Shown here piece after piece: positions 36,374-45,481 of a stretch of DNA of 64,000 nucleotides. The position numbers and the translations under genes are program-made. Each line of letters opens with the position of its first letter. The stretch's first letter is position 1. Origin of the DNA: a virus. The notes beneath the pieces are model-generated. The model was not told the DNA's origin. It saw only the letters and a program-made list of their open reading frames with translations, and ran no database searches. The stretch covers positions 32,001-96,000 of the IMG/VR virus record IMGVR_UViG_3300042503_000838; one strand, 5' to 3'.

Positions 36374-37348
36374 TCACTCCATCACAAACAGTTTGTTTGC
36401 AACAACTTGAGGCTGAGCCTGGTTCAGGAGACGCCAAGCATTCTGGGGATCACGGGCCATTTGCTCACCGAAAGAACCCCAGAAGTTTTCAGGAGCTTGG
36501 GGAGCGGCAGCAGCAGGAGGTGCAGGGAACTGACCAAGTTGGGGTTGTTCCAGGGCCTGGGTCGGATACCCACGAGTCTCTAATTGAGCTTCGTTTTCGT
36601 ACACAGGATACGGACCTTCGGGACCAAAAAACTTCAGCGTGTAATCGCTGAGCACATCGGGGTTGGTCAGGATCTCGTTGTACGCCAGGTTTTCCTGGTG
36701 CTCGTTGACCGCAAAGTTAGCGTAACCGGTCAGTGCATCAGCGGCGCGGTTTCCCCACGCGACGGCGCTGTCCAGCATCCCTTCCAGATTCAGGGCGTAG
36801 TTGTTCAGCAGAGCCGGAGCTTCCACCCCGTACGCGTCGATTACCATCCGGCTTTCCTGGCTCAGCCCCAGGTAATCCGCGATCTCCGCCAAGGACGGAC
36901 TGGAGGAGGTTTGGGAATAGTTGGGCGAGGATTCCTGGCTGAGATACGAGGTCGGCGCTACCGATTGTTGCGTATTGGGGCCGCTGATCTGGCCGTAATT
37001 GGCTGGGGTATACGCTGTCGGCGCCTGCGAGGGTGCTCCCTGGAACGGGGATTGAACTGGAGCGCTCAGCAGGTTCACCACCTTGTTGAACGCCGATTCC
37101 CATGGGTTCCCCGTCGATTCCGCCGGTTGGGATTGGGGGGCGTACTGCGTAGGGGCTGATTGGTAGCTGGGGATCGCCTGAGGTACCGCTTGGGGGTAGC
37201 TGGTACCCACCTGATAAGCCACTGGAGCCGCCTGGTAGCTGGCCGGAGTTGCCTGAGGAGCCGGAGCTGCCATCACGTAACTGCTCGGAGCGACGGCCGC
37301 TGGTGCTTGGCTCGTCTGTGGGATCGATTGGACGGTAGCGTCCTGCAT
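36374..37348 (-). CDS. Putative capsid scaffolding protein
   Basis: AAGGAG SD before the ATG; Pro/Ala/Gln-rich with a helical core; lies between portal and capsid genes. Confidence 0.7.
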   Translation of the reverse strand: MQDATVQSIPQTSQAPAAVAPSSYVMAAPAPQATPASYQAAPVAYQVGTSYPQAVPQAIPSYQSAPTQYAPQSQPAESTGNPWESAFNKVVNLLSAPVQSPFQGAPSQAPTAYTPANYGQISGPNTQQSVAPTSYLSQESSPNYSQTSSSPSLAEIADYLGLSQESRMVIDAYGVEAPALLNNYALNLEGMLDSAVAWGNRAADALTGYANFAVNEHQENLAYNEILTNPDVLSDYTLKFFGPEGPYPVYENEAQLETRGYPTQALEQPQLGQFPAPPAAAAPQAPENFWGSFGEQMARDPQNAWRLLNQAQPQVVANKLFVME

Positions 37349-39098
37349 AACTCATCTCCTTTTGTAGAGCTTCTAAAGTGCGATACAGATATGGAGTTAA
37401 ATCCAATCGTGGATCTGCAGCCATCGGTAAGTCCGGTGATTGCGGATGGGGGGTCTGCATCATTCCACCCACCAGGCGAGCAAATTGAGAGTAAGCACCC
37501 TGCAATTCATTCACCATCCTGAACGGGAAACCTGATAGCATCCCGGCCCTTTCTTCATCCGTCTTAGACGGGAAGAGGTACTTCAGTGCTTCAATGCTAT
37601 CAACACCTAATTCTTGCAGATTTCGAACAACAATGGAGTTGTTCAGTACATCTTGCGTGGAATCTTCATATACAGGTCCCAACCAACGCCACTGCATTGT
37701 GACATCACCATCTGGAATCAACCCAAGTACACCAGGGGGGATCTGCTGAGTCTTCAAGCAAGCCATCATCAATTGCTTGACCTGATCCTCGAATGCACTC
37801 ATTGCATCGTTGTAAGCAGCAATGTCTGCGTCAGATGCAGTTTCAGGTAGTTCCAGGGGTTTCTCTAGTCCTGCCGCTGCCGCCAACGTCTCTCGGAACA
37901 AGCGTTCTTCCTGGTAAATAATGAGTTCCAGGCAACGGCACACACCATAGGTGTAAATGGCGTTTGCTTTTTTCTTCGATGTTGCGGAAACACGTCCAAA
38001 CAAGGACTTGTACTCTGTTGCGGTAACACCTGCAGAAATAGAAAGCTCGTCAACGCCACCTAAGGCAGTGCGTATTTCTTCTCGATACTGACGCGCAAAA
38101 GAATTCTGGTCACCAGTGATGGCATCTGGGACAATGTAACCAACTCGGTCATTGGGTTCCAAGTTTGCAATCACCCTTGGCACACGGATCTGACCGTCAA
38201 CACCACGGGAGATAGGATCTGCCTTGAACCGAGACTGGCTCATTGCACCCATGCCAGCAAAGCCTGAGTTGGCTGCGATAGAAGGACGCTGTACAGATAC
38301 ATCCCCACCAGCTTCCATCAGGTCCGTCTTGGGACGAGACGAAAGAAGGGTTGGGTTACCAAAGAACTGCACGTTCTTCCGCATGGTGCGGACCATCTCA
38401 TCATGCGTGCAGATGTGGTTGGCTAACGCTTCAAACTCACCAACACCTTCAGTCGAGAAGCCTTTGGGATTATTGAAGATTTCAACGCAGGGAATAAATC
38501 CAAGCGTATTTTTAAACGTTTTAGTTTTACCTGGATTCGCTTGATAAACAGTATCAAAAGAAAGTTCGCCTTCCGAATGAGTCTCCTCAATTGTTCGACG
38601 TTTGATTGAAAGGCGAATGTAGCGTTTTGCTCCGCCTTGTCCCATATAAGCAGGGCCTGTCAGGTTGTTGCTGGCAATATCCTGCTGGAAGCCAAGACCC
38701 TGGCGGACCTTGTAGCTATAGATGATTACAACTTCGTCAAGCTCGCCGTCAATGTTGTAGAAAGAACGATATTCGTGACGCCTGAAATAATAGAGGCGAT
38801 AGTTGTTTTGCGTGGGCCGGATATAAAAGATACCCTGGCCATCACACATGAAATAGTCCCAGATTGAATCCAGGCGTGTGTCAATTTGATTGTATTTGAC
38901 TACGCGATCAATAAAGTCTTTGCGTTGATTACCGAAGTTATCTTGTGCAGGGAAAAACTCAACACCTTGGCGGATGCCAAAGAGCTTCATCTGTGCAAGG
39001 TGTGACGCTACGATGCCCGTATCAATAGACGCGCCGCCGTCTTTATCGAGATACGAGTCGACAATTTCTTTAAGGCGTGATTTAGCGTCTACGGCCAT
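36738..39098 (-). CDS. Portal protein with ~200-aa C-terminal extension overlapping the scaffold gene
   Basis: Follows TerL; portal-like features (FIPCVEIFN, GVGEF, TALGGVDE..AGV, ELGVDS.EAL..LFP). Confidence 0.8.
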   Translation of the reverse strand: MAVDAKSRLKEIVDSYLDKDGGASIDTGIVASHLAQMKLFGIRQGVEFFPAQDNFGNQRKDFIDRVVKYNQIDTRLDSIWDYFMCDGQGIFYIRPTQNNYRLYYFRRHEYRSFYNIDGELDEVVIIYSYKVRQGLGFQQDIASNNLTGPAYMGQGGAKRYIRLSIKRRTIEETHSEGELSFDTVYQANPGKTKTFKNTLGFIPCVEIFNNPKGFSTEGVGEFEALANHICTHDEMVRTMRKNVQFFGNPTLLSSRPKTDLMEAGGDVSVQRPSIAANSGFAGMGAMSQSRFKADPISRGVDGQIRVPRVIANLEPNDRVGYIVPDAITGDQNSFARQYREEIRTALGGVDELSISAGVTATEYKSLFGRVSATSKKKANAIYTYGVCRCLELIIYQEERLFRETLAAAAGLEKPLELPETASDADIAAYNDAMSAFEDQVKQLMMACLKTQQIPPGVLGLIPDGDVTMQWRWLGPVYEDSTQDVLNNSIVVRNLQELGVDSIEALKYLFPSKTDEERAGMLSGFPFRMVNELQGAYSQFARLVGGMMQTPHPQSPDLPMAADPRLDLTPYLYRTLEALQKEMSYAGRYRPIDPTDEPSTSGRRSEQLRDGSSGSSGNSGQLPGGSSGLSGGYQLPPSGTSGDPQLPISPYAVRPPIPTGGIDGEPMGIGVQQGGEPAERSSSIPVPGSTLAGADSVYPSQLRPDQRPQYATIGSADLVSQPGILAQLFPNLLQSVLGGDRGLPGAEPGKPDGNRRVRGGSSGSAEQLRPESGRDAGQRRRVGKPRR

Positions 39099-39137
39099 TA
39101 ACTATTTACCCCTTGTTCTGTTAATACTAACAATAAA

Positions 39138-39482
39138 TCAGACAACTGTCTTGCCAATAAAACCTTGGGGGAGCTGCCCACCAGGGAAGAAGGCAGCATT
39201 ACCCATGGGGACACCCCCTTGGAACCCACCCATGGCAAGTGGAAGTTGGGGGCCTGCACCAGGCATGATGCCACGCCGCTTGAGTTCTTCGTTTAGCTGT
39301 TGATTTTGTTGCGTGCCGCCCTCGTAAAGACGCTTGAGCTGTTCGCCAGAACGGCCACCTAATGCACCTGCGCCCTTATTGATGTCAAAGCTGGGGGAAC
39401 CAGCGACCAAATCGTTTGCATTCCCAACCCCGGCCATATTGCCTGCGGGAAAACCGTAATCGCCATTATAGTAACGAATCAT
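39138..39482 (-). CDS. Gly-rich hypothetical protein
   Basis: ORF track. Confidence 0.6.
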   Translation of the reverse strand: MIRYYNGDYGFPAGNMAGVGNANDLVAGSPSFDINKGAGALGGRSGEQLKRLYEGGTQQNQQLNEELKRRGIMPGAGPQLPLAMGGFQGGVPMGNAAFFPGGQLPQGFIGKTVV

Positions 39483-39665
39483 TTAATCCTCCAGTACTTC
39501 GTAGCCTGCTATGTCATTCAGTCTACTCAATACAATTCCATTTCCTTTTAAATTCCACTCGAGAATATCACCCTCTTCCCAGCCAAGTTCTTCTGTTATC
39601 TCCTCCGGAAACGAAATGAAAATATCTCCGTTCTCATCTTCTTGAACTTCAAGGATGTAGCTCAT
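39483..39665 (-). CDS. AbrB/MazE-fold small DNA-binding protein
   Basis: EVQEDENGDIFISFPEEITEELGWEEGDILEW. Confidence 0.75.
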   Translation of the reverse strand: MSYILEVQEDENGDIFISFPEEITEELGWEEGDILEWNLKGNGIVLSRLNDIAGYEVLED

Positions 39666-39955
39666 TTTGCCAAAAGCTTTTCCATAAGCTTATCAAGCTT
39701 AATATTGATCTGCTTAAAGTTGTCATGCATTTCTTGGATCTCCCTGAGGAAGTCCACTTTTAAAACGTATTCAAGCGGCATGCGATTGACTTGATTTTCA
39801 AGAGAAGTCACTTTATTCTCTTGTGTTATCAACATGTCATGTAATTGTTTCATGCGCTCATACGAGCGGCCTAATATTTTATTTGCGACCCAAGACCCCC
39901 CTGTAAGTGCGGAAATTACCGCTGTCAAACCAAGGGCTAAGTACTCTGGTCCCAC
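39662..39955 (-). CDS. N-terminal TM plus coiled-coil protein (similar architecture to 6651..6905)
   Basis: Hydrophobic N-terminus; YV.K.DF...I..KLDKL. Confidence 0.65.
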   Translation of the reverse strand: MGPEYLALGLTAVISALTGGSWVANKILGRSYERMKQLHDMLITQENKVTSLENQVNRMPLEYVLKVDFLREIQEMHDNFKQINIKLDKLMEKLLAK

Positions 39956-40027
39956 GACTGCAAATGCTTTTTTATTGATTCTAATTCTTAGTAATCAAGA
40001 TGAAGCTGCCCCTTGCGTGCAAGTCCG

Positions 40028-40474
40028 TTAACAAGCCAAACCAACTTTATTTAAGCGTTGCTCGTACGTTTTTATGCGATGGCAATTGGCGCATAATACT
40101 TGGCATTTTTTTATTTCTTCTTTTAATGCCTCAATATTGGTTGTATGCATTTTGGCGATATCGCGTGATTTGGTAACAGGGTCTAAATGATCAAAATCAA
40201 GGGCAGCATGATGATCCTTGTATCCACATTTTTCGCAACCACGTTTTAATTTTTCATTTTTAATAATTTTTGCATTACGTTTTTGTGCTCTTTTTGCGGC
40301 ATCGCGACAGCTAGTCTCTCTTTTTGCCCATGCCTCCGGACTGAGCCAATTCATCTGAAATGTTCCGTCTTTATTGATTCTTGATTTACGTCTATATCCC
40401 AAAAAAATCCGTCCGTCAAGACCGACTTCACCATACTTCCAGGGTTTATTTGTTTCAGGATTGACACGTTCCAT
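40028..40474 (-). CDS. HNH homing endonuclease
   Basis: GCEKCGY...ALDFDHLDP..K...EEIKKCQVLCANCHRIKT. Confidence 0.85.
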   Translation of the reverse strand: MERVNPETNKPWKYGEVGLDGRIFLGYRRKSRINKDGTFQMNWLSPEAWAKRETSCRDAAKRAQKRNAKIIKNEKLKRGCEKCGYKDHHAALDFDHLDPVTKSRDIAKMHTTNIEALKEEIKKCQVLCANCHRIKTYEQRLNKVGLAC

Positions 40475-42000
40475 TAATAATCAAGGTGTAGTTGGCCTTT
40501 GCGGGCGAGGCCATTGACTAACCATACTAACGCGTCGACCGTGTCATCGTGACTACTGACACCAAAGTTTGTCAGTTCTTCAAACATGTTTGTGAAGTTA
40601 CGGTAACGATTGAAGATAATCTTACGATCCTCGAACATGCCAATAATGCCACGGAAACGAGCCAATTTATCTGCTCTAAATCCCTTAACTGGATGCCACA
40701 GTAAGTTGTAAAGACCTTCGTTGCTTAGGCAGACTCTCTTGAAGTCCGCCTCCAGGGACGCTTGGTACTGGACTGCTTCCGACCAAATGTCGCAAGTTGA
40801 ATAAGTCGGAAAGTAATTCCCGTTATCATCGCGACCAAGAATAGACCAATCATTGAGTAGCTCTTTCATTGCGTCAAGTTTTTCCAGGTTGCCCATTACG
40901 CGAATGCGGCGATAATCAATGATGTGTATACGATCATCAACACGACCACCTAGCACCATTACGGTGTAGTCATTCTTTTCCTTGATGCCTGCGGATAGGT
41001 CGACACCAATGCCAAGAGCGTCAAATTCAGTTGAGATTTCAGCTTTAACAATTAGCTCTGGTGCCAGGGAGAGCTCGTTCTGTCTAATAACTTGATTCAT
41101 GTATTGGAACGAAAAGGCAATTGGCGCCTGCCTTTTCTTTTCCTTTAGGTAATCAAGGGACCACATCTCAGGCCAATAGGACTCTTCGTCTCCGGTGACG
41201 GGATCATTTTGAATTGCAGAGAGAACAATCTGCGTCCAGTTGTTTTGTTCGTTGAATGTGGTTGCGTGAATGTCATCATGTCGGAAGCGAGTTCCAAGGC
41301 AGATGGCCCGTCCACCTTCAAACATGGTTGGTGCAATCACTGCGTTCCAGTTCTCCTGCATCATTTTTCTGATGTCAGGGTTTGCGATATCCGCCGAACT
41401 TTTAATGGCGTCATCAATGCAAACCAGATGACTACGCTTGGAGGTCACCGAACCTTTGAGGCCTGCAGCGCAGAGCGTGAACTGTTCGTCACCCGTGGTC
41501 TCAATACCAGCAAAGCGATGGTCAATTGACCAGTACTCATTACTGGTTACGTTCTTGAGAAGACGTACCTTTGGAAATACTTCTTGGTAACGCTTGCTCT
41601 CAATGATACGTTTGATTGTTGCCGACTTAGAACGAGCAATGTCAACCGTATACGACAGATAAAGAATCTGAAGGGGCATCTTGGCTGTGGTATGCACGCC
41701 AATTGCCCATGCAGTGAACAACCCCAAGCTTGTGGACTTGGCGCTACCCCTGGGCGCCAATAAGTCAATATTGGGGCCAGCAACTTTAATCAGGCAGTTA
41801 CTATCTTCCCCTGTAACGAAATGACGATGCCATTCCTTATGGTGCTTCGCAGGAGGTTTATCGGCTACATACTCACAAAAAAAGCTGAAATCTTCTCGCG
41901 CTAACGCAAGAGAATCTTCGTTTTTTGGTTTTCTAAGTTGTTGGTTCTTAGCTGCTGCCTTTGCGTTTCGCCTGTGTGTTAAGTGAAGATACGAAGGCAC
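40474..42000 (-). CDS. Terminase large subunit (Terminase_6-like; unrelated to the T7-type TerL)
   Basis: LAPRGSAKST Walker A, VCIDDAIK Walker B, LGTRFRHDDI, GVDLS...DYTV, HDDTVDALVW. Confidence 0.93.
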   Translation of the reverse strand: MPSYLHLTHRRNAKAAAKNQQLRKPKNEDSLALAREDFSFFCEYVADKPPAKHHKEWHRHFVTGEDSNCLIKVAGPNIDLLAPRGSAKSTSLGLFTAWAIGVHTTAKMPLQILYLSYTVDIARSKSATIKRIIESKRYQEVFPKVRLLKNVTSNEYWSIDHRFAGIETTGDEQFTLCAAGLKGSVTSKRSHLVCIDDAIKSSADIANPDIRKMMQENWNAVIAPTMFEGGRAICLGTRFRHDDIHATTFNEQNNWTQIVLSAIQNDPVTGDEESYWPEMWSLDYLKEKKRQAPIAFSFQYMNQVIRQNELSLAPELIVKAEISTEFDALGIGVDLSAGIKEKNDYTVMVLGGRVDDRIHIIDYRRIRVMGNLEKLDAMKELLNDWSILGRDDNGNYFPTYSTCDIWSEAVQYQASLEADFKRVCLSNEGLYNLLWHPVKGFRADKLARFRGIIGMFEDRKIIFNRYRNFTNMFEELTNFGVSSHDDTVDALVWLVNGLARKGQLHLDY

Positions 42001-42032
42001 GACTAGTATTTAACGTATCTTTAAATACTACC

Positions 42033-42197
42033 CTATTTTTTTTCTTTCTGCTTTCGCTTTTCGTCCTGGTACTTACGCGCTTTATCTAAAGCAGCCTTGC
42101 GTTTTTCCTTGTCTGACATCTCAGACCCATCTTGGTTCTTTGCTTCTTTTTTCTTGAGGTATTCAAGAAACTGAGGAGGCATCTTACCTTTTGCCAT
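42033..42197 (-). CDS. 54-aa Lys-rich peptide MAKGKMPPQFLEYLKKKEAK...
   Basis: Manual translation; TGATG coupling. Confidence 0.65.
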   Translation of the reverse strand: MAKGKMPPQFLEYLKKKEAKNQDGSEMSDKEKRKAALDKARKYQDEKRKQKEKK

Positions 42198-42499
42198 CAG
42201 CGCATACCTTGACGAATACGAGCAATCATCTGCTGGTAGGCAGGAGATCCTTCAGCTTCTCCTTCAAGAGTACGCATTGCGCGGCCGGGACCAAAAGAAA
42301 TTCCCGGTGGTGTTCCACGGGTTAAGCCTTCTGATACTGCTGCGCTACCGGAGATATCCCCTTCTTCCGTCATGGGGCTACCCATGGGTGCAGGAGCCGT
42401 TGACAGTGCCTGACGACGACGGCTGACACCTTCGCTAGCCATCTGCTGCTGTTGGCGAGCCCTGCCGGCAAGCTGGGTATTATTTGCGTTTGCGCCCAT
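42197..42499 (-). CDS. Hypothetical protein
   Basis: ORF track. Confidence 0.6.
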   Translation of the reverse strand: MGANANNTQLAGRARQQQQMASEGVSRRRQALSTAPAPMGSPMTEEGDISGSAAVSEGLTRGTPPGISFGPGRAMRTLEGEAEGSPAYQQMIARIRQGMR

Positions 42500-42535
42500 G
42501 CCTGGTAACTGGATTTAAACCTATCTTAGTACGGA

Positions 42536-43192
42536 CTATTCTTCTAGTTGCATGCGAGACCACACGCTCATTGACGCTTCTTCCAGGGGGATCTCAATTG
42601 GATCATCTTTGAAAATCGAGAGGAGTTCTCGAATAGCACGATCTGCACCAGCCATCAAGAGGCCCTTGCGATCTTTATTGGAGGTATAAGTTTCTACTTG
42701 TGCAATTGTGCCACGTAATTCTTTTTGCATGGATGCAAGACGTGCCACGCCTGCATCACGCTTGACGAGACCCTGCTCTACATCTTCGCGTAACTTACGC
42801 ATATCCTCTTGCATCTCATCGATTTCGTACAAGAGTTTTTTACGGTGGTCTGGCTTGACGTAACGGTCCTTAATCCAGAGCTCACACGGAATTGCACTAC
42901 CTTTGTATCCAAGGAATCTTGAATACAGATAGATTTCAATTGTTGAGTAGTTATCGGATGCAAAAGAGAGAAATGATTCTTGAGTAGAAGCGTCTAAGTT
43001 ATCTACCCAAGCGTCAAATATCTCAATATCGATAAGCTCGCTGGGCCTGGTTGTAGTCTCGCTCTTCGTCCCTCTGCTTGAACTGCTGACCTTGTTCGGC
43101 GGAAGTGCGCTGCTCGGTTGCGCCTTTACCGATTGTTTCACGTTCTTGTTCACCAGCAGTCTCCATTTTTTTCTTAGAGAATTCGTAAGCAA
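42536..43192 (-). CDS. Helical hypothetical protein, terminase small subunit candidate; start unresolved
   Basis: Coiled-coil rich, upstream of TerL; no ATG near the apparent domain start at ~43040. Confidence 0.5.
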   Translation of the reverse strand: MLTNSLRKKWRLLVNKNVKQSVKAQPSSALPPNKVSSSSRGTKSETTTRPSELIDIEIFDAWVDNLDASTQESFLSFASDNYSTIEIYLYSRFLGYKGSAIPCELWIKDRYVKPDHRKKLLYEIDEMQEDMRKLREDVEQGLVKRDAGVARLASMQKELRGTIAQVETYTSNKDRKGLLMAGADRAIRELLSIFKDDPIEIPLEEASMSVWSRMQLEE

Positions 43193-43280
43193 CGCCAGCA
43201 GCTTGACGATATTTATCTAGATCAAACCAGTCGTCTTCACTTGACTGGCCAACCGGAACATCGGCAAAGCTGCTGGTCAT
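43023..43280 (-). CDS. Small acidic/helical protein (DDWFDLDKY)
   Basis: ORF track. Confidence 0.65.
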   Translation of the reverse strand: MTSSFADVPVGQSSEDDWFDLDKYRQAAGVAYEFSKKKMETAGEQERETIGKGATEQRTSAEQGQQFKQRDEERDYNQAQRAYRY

Positions 43281-43305
43281 GGCTTATAAAGTCTACGAGA
43301 AAAAA

Positions 43306-43482
43306 TCAGAAGTTGCTCATCATACTGGCAAGACCTTGGGCATAAATATCCCGACGGCTTTCCAGAGATTTTTGACGCTGTTGACGACCCTTGGAACCCT
43401 CTAAGCGCTGGAGCAGCTGCTCGAACTTATTAATATCAAAGTAGTCGTCAGAGTCGGCTTGACCAGTAGGAGTAGAAGCCAT
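43306..43482 (-). CDS. 58-aa paralog of 43023..43280 (MASTPTGQADSDDYFDINKFEQ...)
   Basis: Manual translation; TATAAT 25 nt upstream. Confidence 0.65.
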   Translation of the reverse strand: MASTPTGQADSDDYFDINKFEQLLQRLEGSKGRQQRQKSLESRRDIYAQGLASMMSNF

Positions 43483-43522
43483 ACATTTAAATCATTAACT
43501 GTTTTAATTATACCCGATACAT

Positions 43523-44422
43523 TTACGAGAAATTAAATGCACCAACCAATTGTTTGTAAATGTCGCCCTGTGCGCTAATCTTCGCTAACTGCTTAGTGCC
43601 TTCATTTTTAAGGGTCTGGGTTTCTTTATCAATCTCACCCTGAAGGTTGGTTAGGCCAGCACTATACAGGTACTGGCGAGTATCCCTGAGATTTTGCTGC
43701 TGTTCTTCAATTTCGGCGGGTGTTCCAGTGAAGCTACTGCCGAAGTCAGGGGTTGTTACCTTGGTACGGCCAGCTAAATCACCGCCGTATTTAGGCAGCA
43801 AGTTCTGTGCAAAAGTAAATGCACGCTTGCCGGTACGCTCACCTTTTTCGTCGGTAGTTTGCTTACCGAACATAGTGTCGTAGTAATTATCTAAGTAACT
43901 CTGGTTGAACTTCTTTTGATACTCGGAACCTTTTTGAACAGACTCCTTAAGATCATTGATATCACGGTAATAACCTTGGTTGAACCGTGATAAAGCAGTG
44001 CTTTTCTCTTCTTCTGTAGCTTGGCGGCCAAGAAGTTCTTCATAGGTGGCGCCAATACCGGTCTGTAGTTGGCCGGGACGCACCTCTTTCTGGTAGATGT
44101 CCGACAGTGAAGAAACATCCGCTTCAGGCGGCGTTAAGTCGTATTTAGCAGCGTAATCCCTTAGGCGAGATGCAGCGTCTTGATAACTAAGCAGGCCAGA
44201 CCTAAGCTCGGATTCAGCTCCAGCCTTTAAGCCCGCATAACCTGCAGCACCTGCCGCTTTACGTGCATCGGCCTCGCGTTTAGCCTCAGCTCTTTCAGCT
44301 GCCGCACGCTGTTCAGCTGCCGATTCACGCTCCTGCTGATACTTTAAATAATTCGCAAAAGTATCATCCTTCTGGACTTGAGGAGGTTGATAATTTACGT
44401 TAGTTCCGCGTCCGCCACCCAT
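43523..44422 (-). CDS. Putative internal virion / ejection protein
   Basis: Helical Ala/Gln-rich protein in the pre-terminase cluster (inference). Confidence 0.6.
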   Translation of the reverse strand: MGGGRGTNVNYQPPQVQKDDTFANYLKYQQERESAAEQRAAAERAEAKREADARKAAGAAGYAGLKAGAESELRSGLLSYQDAASRLRDYAAKYDLTPPEADVSSLSDIYQKEVRPGQLQTGIGATYEELLGRQATEEEKSTALSRFNQGYYRDINDLKESVQKGSEYQKKFNQSYLDNYYDTMFGKQTTDEKGERTGKRAFTFAQNLLPKYGGDLAGRTKVTTPDFGSSFTGTPAEIEEQQQNLRDTRQYLYSAGLTNLQGEIDKETQTLKNEGTKQLAKISAQGDIYKQLVGAFNFS

Positions 44423-44437
44423 AGTTCAGTACCCTGA

Positions 44438-44935
44438 TTAAATAACCATAGAGCTAACATTTGTCGGAGCTTTACGCCCAAACATTGCAGCCATTGGCGC
44501 TTCTGCCAGCGCTTGCCCTCTCTTCATAGCTAAAAGATTTTCAAACCGTTGGGCCTGTTGCCTTTCCGGGCTGATAGCAGCAGATCTTTCTCGCCTTGAA
44601 GCCTCTGAACCATAGCCAAAGGCCAGGTCAGCCAGTCGGCCACCAAGCTCGGATTCACGTGCTTCTTTTTGACGACCAAACGCCAGATCTTCAGCAGTCT
44701 GTCCAAATACCCTGGCACCCAAGCTTTCGCCCAGCTGACCGTACATGCCCTCCCTGCTGAGCATTGCATTGGTTTCCAGTGCAGAGTTCTGTGCACGAAG
44801 CTGGGCTTCAAGCCCAGAGCGCATAATGTCTTGCTGCCGACGCTGACCAGCGATCTGAAAAGGAAGGCCAATAAGCCCTAGGCCGGCCGACGCAAGAGGT
44901 CCGCCAGCCCCTGACCAAAAATCTGATGCAGCCAT
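44438..44935 (-). CDS. Putative internal virion protein with Gly-rich hydrophobic N-terminus
   Basis: ORF track; composition. Confidence 0.6.
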   Translation of the reverse strand: MAASDFWSGAGGPLASAGLGLIGLPFQIAGQRRQQDIMRSGLEAQLRAQNSALETNAMLSREGMYGQLGESLGARVFGQTAEDLAFGRQKEARESELGGRLADLAFGYGSEASRRERSAAISPERQQAQRFENLLAMKRGQALAEAPMAAMFGRKAPTNVSSMVI

Positions 44936-44974
44936 ACGTTCGACCTATTATTGTTTTTATTTTAATACAGGTAT

Positions 44975-45481
44975 TCAGCCACGCCCAAAATATTGGGTGC
45001 TAGGTGCAGCACTGCCAACTGGTTGAATGGTACGTTGAGGGAACGTGCGATAGGTCTCGGAAACAATTGCAGGAATGTTTCCGTAAGTACCAAGCATTAA
45101 TTGCAGGTCCCCGGCGCCGCCAAATGCACTGGCAATTTTATCTGGCAGCTTGTTAATTTGATTGTACATGGAAGCAATGCCCAGGCTTTCTTTGCCTAGC
45201 AGCTGCCTTTCCTTTGCTTGGCGCAACTGACGGGCTTCTTCTTCGGCTCGTTCTAACGTGTTGGCTGCTCTGTCTTCTCTTCGTGCCTGGGTCAGATAGT
45301 TTGTAAGTGTTGCTAGGTCTGACTGAGGGCCCTCGGGAGCAGGGAAGCCCCCTGGAGTGGCTCCACTACCTGGCGTAAATGCCATATTAATACCAGGGCT
45401 TGAAAGATCTACTCCCTTGTCCCAGCCAAACTTGGCGGCGCCCTTCGTGATATTAGGAGGAACTGTTAGTGCCATGATCAA
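44975..45481 (-). CDS. Hypothetical (putative internal virion) protein
   Basis: ORF track. Confidence 0.6.
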   Translation of the reverse strand: MIMALTVPPNITKGAAKFGWDKGVDLSSPGINMAFTPGSGATPGGFPAPEGPQSDLATLTNYLTQARREDRAANTLERAEEEARQLRQAKERQLLGKESLGIASMYNQINKLPDKIASAFGGAGDLQLMLGTYGNIPAIVSETYRTFPQRTIQPVGSAAPSTQYFGRG

